Source: Candidatus Moanibacter sp. (lineage in GTDB: Bacteria > Verrucomicrobiota > Verrucomicrobiia > Opitutales > UBA2987). From it: a stretch of DNA of 64,000 nt. Made by a program: the position numbers and the translations under genes. Position 1 is the first letter of the stretch. Each line of letters starts with the position of its first letter. This document shows positions 54,462 to 63,665 of this stretch, in pieces. The notes beneath the pieces were generated by a model, which was not told where the DNA came from, did not search any database, and saw only the letters and a list, made by a program, of their open reading frames with translations. The stretch lies in assembly GCA_965215885.1 (NCBI GenBank), contig CBDCEW010000102.1, positions 96,001-160,000 on the forward strand, written 5' to 3'.

Positions 54462-54679
54462 GGTAAAATGCTACCAAATTCAGCAAAAAAAGTTGACCTC
54501 TTGATTGGCGGATTGCGCCCTGTGAGGATGAAATTGCCGGTTCCCCCCAGCCTCGCGCCGGGGGAACCGGCAATTGGTTAGACAGGCACCTCAGAATACC
54601 AGGAGAGAAAGTAATAGGAGGAACGGGAGGGCTACACCGCCTCAGGAACCCGTACCTAACAAAACTGTCAGTCGCAAAT

Positions 54680-54910
54680 TTAGAGTCTCTTCTTGACCGT
54701 TTGGAAGATCGAATCCGGATCGGGGAATTCTCCCGTCTCCAGCTTGGAGTATATTTTATCTCCATCGACACTGACTTCAAAGGCGCCTCCGCTGGACGGA
54801 ACCAGCTTAAGTGCAGCTATATCCTGCTTGAGAGTCAAAAGTCTCTCCGCCAGACCGACGGCTTTTGGCTCATAGCTTCAAGCTGCGCAATATTCGATCC
54901 TTATCTCCAT
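54680..54910 (-). CDS. SelW/Rdx-family selenoprotein (CxxU), 76 aa
   Basis: MEIRIEYCAA-U-SYEPKA...GGAFEVSVDGDKIYSKLETGEFP; TGA at 54880-54878; absent from the ORF track. Confidence 0.93.
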
Positions 54911-54969
54911 TTCTCTTTCCCGGGCTACAGTGGTAACAGTGCCCTCATGAGTCAAGATTGCATTTACGC

Positions 54970-56425
54970 TCAGCTCGGCCTACTATGAAACTCGGAACCG
55001 CGTAGTATGATGTTTCCGGCCAACACCAGAGCGACGAGCACCGCGACAAAGTACCAGGGAAACCAAAGGAGCGCCGCTTCAAAGGCCTCCTCCTCGCCGC
55101 CTCCCAGTGATGCGGCCCTGCTTTCGGTGTGTCGCATGACGATGGCGAACATAATTCCGATTGCGCCGTAGCCGAAGTTCATCGCCAATCCCTTAAAACT
55201 CAGAATTGTGGCGCGTTTCGATGAGTCGACGACCGCGTTGAGATAGTGGGATGCGAAGAAGCTGAGCAGTGACATGCATACGAAGATGAGGACAACGAAA
55301 GCGAGTCCGAAATGCCCATTTTGGACGGCTCCACCTTCACCTTCGACGCCATGCATAATCAAAAAGAAACTGCCCACATCGTCGTCGAAGGGTCCACGCC
55401 CGGGCCGCTCCGAATAGGCCGACCAGGAGAATTATCGCCATCAACCAGAAGTTGAAGAGCGGAGACCGGTTTTGAGCCATGTTCCGCGCGATCGAAGGTA
55501 CAAAGAATCCCATCAGCGCGAGGCCGGCGTTGATGAGACCGAAAGAAGCCTCCGGAAGCTCGATGAGCCGGAAAAAGTTACTCGAGACCGTGATGAAGAG
55601 TCGAATGATGCTGTCGAAGCCGATCACGGATAGGATTATTATGAAAGCCGGCGGAGTCTTCAGAATCCACATGCCCGCTCGCAATGTTTGCAGCCAGGTC
55701 TCCTTCACAGAGGGTGATCGCACGAATGATCGCACTCCGGAGTCGGTGGAGTCCCTTGGTGGCACTCCGGAGTCGGTGGAGTCCCTTGGGGAAGCAGTCT
55801 CTTTGAGCTGCAAGGCTGCAATGAAGGTAAGTGCTGCAGTCACGAAATTCAGGTATAAGGGAAAGCGCATCGTGATCTGTTGATTCAGTTCCACGTCGAT
55901 TCCCAATGAGATCGCGCATCTCTGCATCACCTGAGGATCGTAGAGGACCGCTCCGATTCCCATGGCGACGAGAAATCCAATCGATTGAGCGCGCATGAGA
56001 AACTCCAGCACGCGAGGCCACAGTTCCTCTCTCTCGCTTTCCGGCATGGAATCATAGGCCAGTGCCTCATCCGCCCCGCTCGCAGCGGCTTCCGAAACTC
56101 CACTGATGATGCGGTTTACGAGAAAGGCGCAGAAGACGAGAGATACGTTGCCTAGTGGGACAAAGCACAACACGGCCATTTCAATAACCATCAATCCCGC
56201 CGAAATCAGAACGAGACGCCGGCGCCCGATGAGATCTGCCAGGGCGCCTGAAGGCACTTCGAGCAAAACAATCGTCACCGCCCACGCCACGTTGAGGAGC
56301 GCAAATTGCTCCATGCTCAGGCCGAAGTCCAGAAAGAGAATAGCAAATACCGGGTAGTAAAAGCGAGAATTGAAGAGAATTCTAAATGCGATAAACCACC
56401 GGATGTTTCTAGGAAATTGGTTCAT
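54970..56425 (-). pseudogene. MFS transporter split by a single frameshift near 55390
   Basis: EVPSGALADLIGRR, SGADEALAYDS in ORF1; KRATILS in ORF2; overlapping frames. Confidence 0.75.
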
Positions 56426-56693
56426 GTCGAGCGCTCGATTCGGGGCCTGATTCTTTCCGAAACGGGACTAGACAGAATCCGATGGCGAATGGCAACCGCT
56501 GAGCGGGACTATTGCAGATCGGCGAGTGCGGTTGTGCAAAGGAGAAATATGAGGTGGAGGAGATATCCGGGTGGTCGTGTAAATGGCATGGGAGTCAGAT
56601 TTTACTTGGGAACTTGAGGGAATTACAATTATTGCATGGAATTTTAGCCCATAATTGTTGTCAGGGCATCCTTGATGCGTGCATGATCGGGCT

Positions 56694-57467
56694 ATGAAGC
56701 TGAAAAATCGAGTCGCGATAATAACCGGGGGCAGTTCGGGTATCGGCCGTGGGATTGCATTGGAGTTTGCTCGAGAGGGAGCGAGGGTGTGCATAGCGGA
56801 TATTCAAGAGGAGCCGAAACGTGGAATATACCATGAGCAGGAAACTGTTATTCCTACTGTTGAGGAAGTCGAGAAATTGGGTGGCGAAGGCTATTTTGTG
56901 CAGACGGATATCGGTCAGGAAGAAGCCGTCCAAAGTATGGTCGATGAGACCATGGAGCGCTTTGGAGGGATCGATATTCTTGTGAATAACGCGGGTATCT
57001 ACAAGGTAGGCGACAGTCAGGAAATCTCTCTCCGGGATTGGGATCGGATTATCGGAGTCAATTTGCGAGGGGTCTTTGTGGCGATAAAGTTCGCTCTTCC
57101 CCTTTTGAGAAGTTCACAGTACGGACGAATCATCAACATTGCATCGGTGCATGCATTCGGCGGGGGCGGCGGTCCTCCCTACGCATCGGCTAAGGCTGCC
57201 GTTGTTAACCTGACCCGCGACGTCGCCATCGAAGCGGCCGGAGACGAAGTCACGGCAAACGCAATTTGTCCCGGATACATCGAGACCGCGATCCAGGATT
57301 ACTTGACGGAAGAACAGATCTCCTGGGCCCGCGAACACACTCCTTTACCCCGTTTCGGAACGCCCGCCGATATCGGCCGAGCGACGGTCTTTCTAGCATC
57401 GGATGATGCCGCCTGGATCACAGGCGTTGCCCTTCCCGTAGATGGTGGCTGGTTGGCTCCGGTATAA
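56694..57467 (+). CDS. Short-chain dehydrogenase/reductase
   Basis: TGGSSGIG, NNAG, YASAK, VDGG. Confidence 0.94.
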   Translation: MKLKNRVAIITGGSSGIGRGIALEFAREGARVCIADIQEEPKRGIYHEQETVIPTVEEVEKLGGEGYFVQTDIGQEEAVQSMVDETMERFGGIDILVNNAGIYKVGDSQEISLRDWDRIIGVNLRGVFVAIKFALPLLRSSQYGRIINIASVHAFGGGGGPPYASAKAAVVNLTRDVAIEAAGDEVTANAICPGYIETAIQDYLTEEQISWAREHTPLPRFGTPADIGRATVFLASDDAAWITGVALPVDGGWLAPV

Positions 57468-57471
57468 CCCG

Positions 57472-58254
57472 TCAGGTCTTTTGGATGGAGCGGATAAAGA
57501 ACCTGAAGATTACGGAATTGAGATAGCGGGGAAGGAGGCGGGCGGTGAAGGCGGCGAGTTTACTGGGAATGCCGGGTATAAGAAGCGACTTTTTCCCGAG
57601 ACTCTTGATAGCGGATTCAACGACCTTTTCGGCTTTCATTGAGACCACCCTTCCGAATGCCGTTACATTCATAAACTCAGTAAGGGTAGTTCCAGGGCAG
57701 ACGGCGAGGACGTCAACGTTGTCGGATTTCAATTCGTGAGCCAGGCCTTCGGCGAGGAGGAGAGCGTAGGCTTTGGTGGCTGCGTAGTTTGACCAAACAG
57801 GAATTCCGGCGAATGCGGTAATAGAGGAGAGGAAGATTATACCTCCCTTTCGGCGCTTGCGCATCCGCGACCCATAGGCATGGGCCAACTGCATGGAGGC
57901 CTCGCTATTGAGGCGAAGCATCTCCAATTCAATCTGCGGATCGTTATCGAGAAAATCCCCGGTGAGTCCCCTGCCAGCGTTATTTACGAGCAAGCCGATT
58001 TCGATGTCGCTGGTCGCTTCTGCTATTTTGTCCAGGAATCCGGTTTTGGTGAGATCCGCAACAGCGATCCGCACTTCCACACCGGAGGAGAATTCGAGCT
58101 CTTGGGCGAGGTTTTCAAGATTCTCTTTACGCCTTGCCACAAGGACGAGATTGAGTCCAATTGCTGCAAGCTGACGGGCAAATTGCTCACCCATTCCAGA
58201 AGAGGCACCTGTTACCAGAGCCCATGGACCATATTTCTCGGTGTGGTAATTCAT
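57472..58254 (-). CDS. Short-chain dehydrogenase/reductase
   Basis: TGASSGMG, NNAG, YAATK. Confidence 0.94.
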   Translation of the reverse strand: MNYHTEKYGPWALVTGASSGMGEQFARQLAAIGLNLVLVARRKENLENLAQELEFSSGVEVRIAVADLTKTGFLDKIAEATSDIEIGLLVNNAGRGLTGDFLDNDPQIELEMLRLNSEASMQLAHAYGSRMRKRRKGGIIFLSSITAFAGIPVWSNYAATKAYALLLAEGLAHELKSDNVDVLAVCPGTTLTEFMNVTAFGRVVSMKAEKVVESAIKSLGKKSLLIPGIPSKLAAFTARLLPRYLNSVIFRFFIRSIQKT

Positions 58255-58538
58255 ACTACAATCCGGCAGAATCTTCTTTTTCTAGCAAGTTTCTGCGTAG
58301 AAGAAGTTGGTATTCAATGAAATGCAGTCGACCCGTCGCCGCTTCGCTTTGCCGAGGCAGGCAAGGTTTGGGATCCCGCTCAGCGGGATTCGCGACGAGG
58401 TTTCCAAGGGAAGTAGGAATTTCCTTCTGCATTCGCGTCCATCTGCGTGGTCTGCCGTACGGCAGACCGGTTCTCTTTTTCCTTTTTGGTTGCGGCTTTG
58501 CTTCCCTAAAATTTCCGTGTCATATTCAGGAAACGCTA

Positions 58539-58636
58539 TTAATCGCTTCGGGTTTAATTCCCCGAAGCTTGCTTCGTTTCTAATTCATAAAGTCTAATAT
58601 CAAATGCCTCGGGGCTTGCCCCGAGGATCTTTACTC
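58539..58636. repeat. PATE-like palindromic repeat, copy 2
   Basis: Matches 1109-1195; has the full CCTCGGGGC-TT-GCCCCGAGG hairpin. Confidence 0.75.
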
Positions 58637-59411
58637 ATTTTTTGAATTTCTCAAAGGCCGCCGCAATGTTCATCATCCCGTTTGTCACCAAAGCACCGTC
58701 CGAGCCAAGGGCGACGAAGGTGAAACCCGTTTCCAGGGTACTCTCAATCTGGTCGATGCTCGCGAGGAGGATGCCTGCCGCCTTTCCCGCCTTTCGAGCG
58801 CTTTCCACGACCTTTGCGTATGCCTCCCGCTGAAGAGGGTGGTCGAACTGTCCGGGGTTTCCCAGGCTGACGCTTAGATCCATCGGTCCGATAAAGAGGA
58901 CGTCAACACCGTCGATGGCCGCGATTCGATCGATATCCTCGATGGCCTCAGCGCGTTCGATCTGGATCACGGTCAGGAGCAGTTCGTGGTTTCTTGCGAA
59001 ATAATCGTCGAAGTTACGGCCGAAGCCTATCGCTCGCGGCGACTTCGCGACACCTCGAATTCCCCGTGGTGGATAACGCATGGCTGCGACTGCCGCCTCC
59101 GCCTCCTCGGCATTGCGGACCCAGGGCACCATGATGCCGGAGGCTCCCAGATCGAGGGCCTTTTTGAAGCGGGTGGGTTCGTTGAATGCGATGCGAACAA
59201 TTGGCGCTGCGGGTGTAGCTGAAGCCGCCTGCAGGTGGTGCACAAGGCTGTCGTGGTCGCCGGGACCGTGTTCCAGATCGATTAATATCCAGTCGAATCC
59301 GCTGTCACCTGCTATTTCTACGGTGAGGCTGGATCCGATATTGAGAAAGGTCCCTGTGAGCAGTTCTCCATTGAGGACTCGATCCCGTATACTTTTTACC
59401 TCGACTGCCAT
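58635..59411 (-). CDS. HpcH/HpaI aldolase family protein
   Basis: IDLEHG, LDLGASGIMVP, RYPPRGIRG, QIE, FIGPMDLS. Confidence 0.93.
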   Translation of the reverse strand: MAVEVKSIRDRVLNGELLTGTFLNIGSSLTVEIAGDSGFDWILIDLEHGPGDHDSLVHHLQAASATPAAPIVRIAFNEPTRFKKALDLGASGIMVPWVRNAEEAEAAVAAMRYPPRGIRGVAKSPRAIGFGRNFDDYFARNHELLLTVIQIERAEAIEDIDRIAAIDGVDVLFIGPMDLSVSLGNPGQFDHPLQREAYAKVVESARKAGKAAGILLASIDQIESTLETGFTFVALGSDGALVTNGMMNIAAAFEKFKK

Positions 59412-59460
59412 GGAACGGAGCCTAGGGAAACTTCCCCGTTCCGGTCAACCCGACAGTTTC

Positions 59461-59642
59461 CTAGCCCGGACATTTCACACACTGCGTAGCGAGACGGCGT
59501 AGATCGCTGCGTGTCGATGCCTTTCCGATGCACGGCGGGCGACAGTGTGTTAAGACCCTCTGAGGTCGCCGGGGAAGGGAAGGCATTGACACGCGGTGAG
59601 ATCCGTCGTCGTAGCAGAATATTTGTGAAATGTTCGGGCTAA
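59461..59642. mobile_element. MITE family A, long form
   Basis: TIR CCCGGACATTTCACA / TGTGAAATGTTCGGG, flanked by CTAG/CTAA. Confidence 0.85.
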
Positions 59643-60130
59643 ATATCGCGCCCCTCTGCATCGTCGGGCTCTACGATCCAGATAATTGTGAGGCCCGTCT
59701 CGCTGTCCACGTATACAACCGGCGTTGCGTCGGGAATCTCGGTCTCGACGTATTCCACCCTGGTGATTCCGTATTCGATTTCCTGTTCGTCCGTCCGATT
59801 TGAAATCCAGAAATATACCCCGGTACTAAATACGAGGAGAGCCGCGGCGGCCCCTGACCATACGAGATTCCCTCCGCCCGGAATGGAGGATCGCGTTGAC
59901 GAACGCTCCTCGTCGATGCGTTCGCGAATCTCCGCCCAGGCGCCGGTCGAATCAACATTTTTCGGAACAGGGGAGGCTCTAAGGAGCGAGCCGTATTCTC
60001 GCCACTCTTCGAGTTGCTCCCGACATGCGGCACATTCGGCAAGATGCTCCTGCATCTGCAGTCTGTCGGACTCCGCAATTTCGTCATCCAGCAGTGCACT
60101 TAATTTCTGTTCGGCCTCAGCGCAGTTCAT
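59639..60130 (-). CDS. Zinc-binding (ZAS, zf-HC2) anti-sigma factor
   Basis: LSALLDDEI...HLAECAAC, single TM segment. Confidence 0.9.
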   Translation of the reverse strand: MNCAEAEQKLSALLDDEIAESDRLQMQEHLAECAACREQLEEWREYGSLLRASPVPKNVDSTGAWAEIRERIDEERSSTRSSIPGGGNLVWSGAAAALLVFSTGVYFWISNRTDEQEIEYGITRVEYVETEIPDATPVVYVDSETGLTIIWIVEPDDAEGRDI

Positions 60131-60143
60131 ATTTCCTGAGTCT

Positions 60144-60243
60144 CCAGGAATCTGTCGGTCTCATCTGCGTTGGAATGTCGATCTGCCATAATGACATTTT
60201 CACCACTGGGATGTTAGGATTTCTAAGTCCGACAGATTCCTAG
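60144..60243. mobile_element. Intact family-B MITE (empty IS110 target element)
   Basis: TIR AGGAATCTGTCGGTCT / AGTCCGACAGATTCCT; colinear with 19543-19552 joined to 21255-21345. Confidence 0.9.
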
Positions 60244-60659
60244 TAACGTCTCCTGTAGTTCGTCGCGTAGTGGTCACCACGATAGTGATCCACCCAGACC
60301 CTGGTTTTCCGATAGACGTAGTGGCTTGGTTTCCAATACCTGGTTGTGTACCCGCATTCATCGGTTTCGTAAATCCAGCGACCGGAGATCCAAGTCTTGA
60401 CCGAACGGTATTCGTAATGACCCGATGGCCTCTTGTGGTAGGACGACCTCGAATCACGATAGGTATCGCACTGCCGATAGGATCCTCTGTATCGTTGCCC
60501 TTTACCGTAGTTATTTTGGTGCTTGATGCTGGTCACGATCGAACCTGCGATGAACCCACCCAACGCGGCCCAACCTTCGTCGCCCGCCCGTGCCACTGGC
60601 GCTGTGCCGGCAAATTCAGCCGCTGCGATCAGAATCCATGCTATTTTTTTCATTTTCAT
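60240..60659 (-). CDS. Secreted Tyr/Arg/Trp-rich protein with YXWGXW-like repeats
   Basis: Signal peptide, glycine-zipper-like segment, PSGHY, WISGRW, WKPSHY. Confidence 0.7.
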   Translation of the reverse strand: MKMKKIAWILIAAAEFAGTAPVARAGDEGWAALGGFIAGSIVTSIKHQNNYGKGQRYRGSYRQCDTYRDSRSSYHKRPSGHYEYRSVKTWISGRWIYETDECGYTTRYWKPSHYVYRKTRVWVDHYRGDHYATNYRRRY

Positions 60660-60722
60660 TCTCCTCCTCTCAGTGATTCTTCGATTGTTATGGCACCTGA
60701 ATGCCTTACCTCTTCAGCCGTA

Positions 60723-60749
60723 TAGACGAAACTAAGCTGTACTTATTCA
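60723..60749 (-). promoter_or_regulatory. Candidate ECF-sigma promoter
   Basis: TGAATA-N15-CGTCTA upstream of the 60659 gene. Confidence 0.4.
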
Positions 60750-60756
60750 TCTTTTT

Positions 60757-61206
60757 TTATTCCGCCTCCAGGACGAGAATCAGGTTTCCCCGTTCGAAGG
60801 ATGGGCCACCCAGAATCGCCGGAGTTTCTCTACCCATGACGATTGTCGTTTGAATCAATGCTTTTCCGCCCTTGAGCCATCGAACCCTGGCTCTGACCTT
60901 ATTCCGTTCCACCGCTGATGCCTGAATCTTGACGCGATGAGCCTTGCCCAACGAGAGCGTTAATTGACCGGGCAGATTCGTGCTGCCCGTGCCCTCAGTA
61001 AGGTACCTGTATGACTTGAAGCGAAAGATCTTTCGGAGCTTCCGCTCGTATCGCCCATCGCGACTGGTGGAGGTCGAGGCATCGTTAGATGCGATGATCA
61101 GGATGGCTTTGAACGTGACCCTGTTCTCCCCGGGTGGTTGGGCGGCCAAAGAAATCAAGCAGATGAAATTTATCAGGGCGATGCCGATCAGATGTAAACG
61201 CTTCAT
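60757..61206 (-). CDS. Exported hypothetical protein
   Basis: Signal peptide; overlaps the sigma stop codon (ATGA). Confidence 0.75.
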   Translation of the reverse strand: MKRLHLIGIALINFICLISLAAQPPGENRVTFKAILIIASNDASTSTSRDGRYERKLRKIFRFKSYRYLTEGTGSTNLPGQLTLSLGKAHRVKIQASAVERNKVRARVRWLKGGKALIQTTIVMGRETPAILGGPSFERGNLILVLEAE

Positions 61207-61769
61207 CGAAAATCCTTCATGTGAGTTTGTATTCGCTTGCGGGCGTTAAAGATTCGCGACATCACGGTACCAGTCCGGCAGTTCATAATTCGTGCGATTT
61301 CGCCGTATGACAATCCCTCAATTTCTCTGAGGACGAGGGCCGTCCGATGTTTCTCTGAGAGAGAGTTGAGCGCCAGTTGAAAGTGCTCCATGATCTCCTT
61401 GCGTTCAAAGAGTATGTTGGGTTCGGGGCTTTTGGATGTGGATATTTCGTGCTCAACGGCGCCGAATATGTCGCTCTCCTGGAAAGGAATTACGTCTGCC
61501 TGTCGGTTCTTTTTTCTAAGAAAGTCCCAGGCCGTAAAGGTTGCGATTCGGTAGACCCAGGTTTGAAAGGATGCCTCGCCTCGAAAAGATCTCAGGCTCT
61601 TCCAGACCTTGATCCAGGTCTGTTGAGAGAGGTCTTTAGCATCCGCGTCGTTCCTGACGATTTGAAAGATCAATCGGTAGACGCTCTCGTACTGGGATTT
61701 GACCAGTTCTCCAAACGCCTCCTCATTGCCCCTCTGTGCTTTGGCTACAAGGCGACGGCTCTCGTCCAT
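61203..61769 (-). CDS. ECF sigma-70 factor
   Basis: DAKDLSQQTW, FRGEASFQTWVYRIA, LREIEGLSYGEIA, GTVMSRIFNAR. Confidence 0.95.
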   Translation of the reverse strand: MDESRRLVAKAQRGNEEAFGELVKSQYESVYRLIFQIVRNDADAKDLSQQTWIKVWKSLRSFRGEASFQTWVYRIATFTAWDFLRKKNRQADVIPFQESDIFGAVEHEISTSKSPEPNILFERKEIMEHFQLALNSLSEKHRTALVLREIEGLSYGEIARIMNCRTGTVMSRIFNARKRIQTHMKDFR

Positions 61770-61816
61770 CGTACTGACTTACTAACAGAGCTCGTCTTTC
61801 GTCAAGTAGCGAGTAC

Positions 61817-61855
61817 CTAGCCCGCTTTTCCAAACTTGTGAGATTTCCGGGCTAG
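61817..61855. repeat. Mini inverted-repeat element bounded by CTAG direct repeats
   Basis: CTAG-CCCGCTTTTC...TTTCCGGG-CTAG. Confidence 0.6.
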
Positions 61856-63051
61856 TCCATCTGTGCCCCGAAGCGCACGACTAAACGTTCATTTTCATAG
61901 CTGGCGTTGTCGATGTCGACGCGGGACAGAGTATCAGGGAGCTGAAGAACCCGGGTGTAACCTCCCGCTTTTATAATGAGTTCACCCTCTTTCCTGCCGA
62001 TGTCGAGGCTCTCCCTGTCAAGATTCGGCAGAGTGAACGTCAGGAGGACGCGATCGTCCTCCTTTTCGAATCTGACCGCATTCGGTTCGGAGAGTACATC
62101 GAGGGGCATCTCGTCACCGTAGATTGTCTCTCCGAACCCCCTTAGCATGTTGTGGCCGAGAGGTGCATTATCGAGATAGGGAATAAGAAAAATACGCGTC
62201 TCCATAAACGACGAGTGTATCGCCATCAATTCTCTTTGCTGGTGCCGATACGTCTCGCTGAAGTAGCCTGCGGATACTTCTTCCGGTAGGAGCTTGTTTA
62301 CGAATATGCCGTCGACTGGAAATCCGAATAGCGCCAGGTAGATATAGGTGCGCCGGGTTTCCGCGATTGCGATCGGATCGGGATTCAAGACCAGCCTGAT
62401 TGAGGATTTCCCGGCGTCTTTAAGGAGATCCCCCAGGCGACCGATCTTTTGAATTATGGTTCCGAACGTTTCGTAGAGCTCGTCTTCAGGGAGTAACTCT
62501 CTTCCCAGTTGCGTGCGGCGCGCAAATGGTCGAACCAGTTTCAATATTTGTCTTTCCCAGTTGAGAATCCGATTGAGCTTCTTCGTGGATGAATCGCTGA
62601 AAGTGAGAAGTCGGAGGGTGCCCGCGGTAGGGGCGGCATCAATGATCACCGCGTCGTAGTTACCGCCCTCGATTTCCCGCAGAATTCGAGTCAAAAGAAA
62701 CAGCTCCTCAATGCCTGGAATAAGCGCTACCTCCTCTGCTATGACCGCTTCGACGCCCAGATATGCCATGAATTGTGTGAGGTAACTTTGCACCGAATCC
62801 CAGTTCTCCGTGATCTCGTCCAGAATGTTCACTTCGAGAAGCGACAGGTTTTCGGACACCTCTATGGCCCGATCGGCCAGGTCTATTTGAAAGATGTCGC
62901 TGAGATTGTGAGCAAAGTCGGAACTCACGAGCAGAGTCTTTGCTCCGCCAACTGCCGATTTTGCCGCTGTCGCCGCCGCAATACTCGTTTTGCCAACGCC
63001 TCCCTTGCCTGTGAAGAGGAGCACTCGACCTGACGAATCCTGCTCGCTCAT
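61852..63051 (-). CDS. ArsA/GET3-family ATPase with C-terminal HSP20-like domain
   Basis: GKGGVGKT, SSDFAHNLSD, DAAPT; C-terminal GELIIKAGGYTRVLQLP. Confidence 0.92.
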   Translation of the reverse strand: MSEQDSSGRVLLFTGKGGVGKTSIAAATAAKSAVGGAKTLLVSSDFAHNLSDIFQIDLADRAIEVSENLSLLEVNILDEITENWDSVQSYLTQFMAYLGVEAVIAEEVALIPGIEELFLLTRILREIEGGNYDAVIIDAAPTAGTLRLLTFSDSSTKKLNRILNWERQILKLVRPFARRTQLGRELLPEDELYETFGTIIQKIGRLGDLLKDAGKSSIRLVLNPDPIAIAETRRTYIYLALFGFPVDGIFVNKLLPEEVSAGYFSETYRHQQRELMAIHSSFMETRIFLIPYLDNAPLGHNMLRGFGETIYGDEMPLDVLSEPNAVRFEKEDDRVLLTFTLPNLDRESLDIGRKEGELIIKAGGYTRVLQLPDTLSRVDIDNASYENERLVVRFGAQMD

Positions 63052-63578
63052 ACTATCTGGATCTTCTTTACGATCGCTGAGGTGATCTTGCCCTTCTGCA
63101 TCAGTAGACCGAGGAAATAGTCGACCGCTTCAAGATACTCCTTGATCTCAGCGAATCGCGCCTTGATTTGGGTGATGTCCTTTTTCTCTTCGCTGCTCTT
63201 ACCTTCGATACCCTTCAGGTCCACTTCGCCTCTCGCGATCAGCTTGTTGAAGCGGTCCAGTTCGTCCCGTACCAGTGTCGATACGATCTCCGTCTCAATC
63301 TCCCATATGTCTCCCGCAATCTCGTAAAAATTCTTCCGCTCTCCACGGTGATATATCCTGCGGACTACTTTCCAGCGCTCCAAGTACCGGATGTTCGTCG
63401 ATACCGACGCTTTCGATACTTCCAGCCGCGCTGCCATGTCGTCCAGCGACATCGCTTCGCGTGATAAATATAACAGCCCTTCCAGTTGGCCCGCTATTCT
63501 TGGGAATCCAAACTTCTCCGCCTTTTCTCCTATGTGGTCAATCCACTCGTTCTTTATGTCTTCCAGTATTCTTGCCAT
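63048..63578 (-). CDS. GbsR/MarR-family transcriptional regulator
   Basis: GFPRIAGQLEGLLYL, SKASVSTNIRYL, GERKNFY. Confidence 0.9.
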   Translation of the reverse strand: MARILEDIKNEWIDHIGEKAEKFGFPRIAGQLEGLLYLSREAMSLDDMAARLEVSKASVSTNIRYLERWKVVRRIYHRGERKNFYEIAGDIWEIETEIVSTLVRDELDRFNKLIARGEVDLKGIEGKSSEEKKDITQIKARFAEIKEYLEAVDYFLGLLMQKGKITSAIVKKIQIV

Positions 63579-63615
63579 CGCTTTCTCCTCTCCTTAGCAT
63601 TAAAAATATTCGGTT

Positions 63616-63665
63616 TGTTAAATATATATTGAACATACTATACGCCATTGAATTTGAATTGTCAA
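63616..63665 (-). promoter_or_regulatory. Sigma-70 promoter with downstream palindromic operator
   Basis: TTGACA(63665-63660)-N17-TATAGT(63642-63637); palindrome TGTTAAATATATATTGAACA at 63616-63635. Confidence 0.85.

Noticed and set aside
58300..58540. Structured RNA in a mosaic of short palindromes (e.g. TCTGCCGTACGGCAGA, also near 5775 and 34879)
   Set aside because: Looks like decayed repeat fragments; no coherent fold or boundaries can be supported
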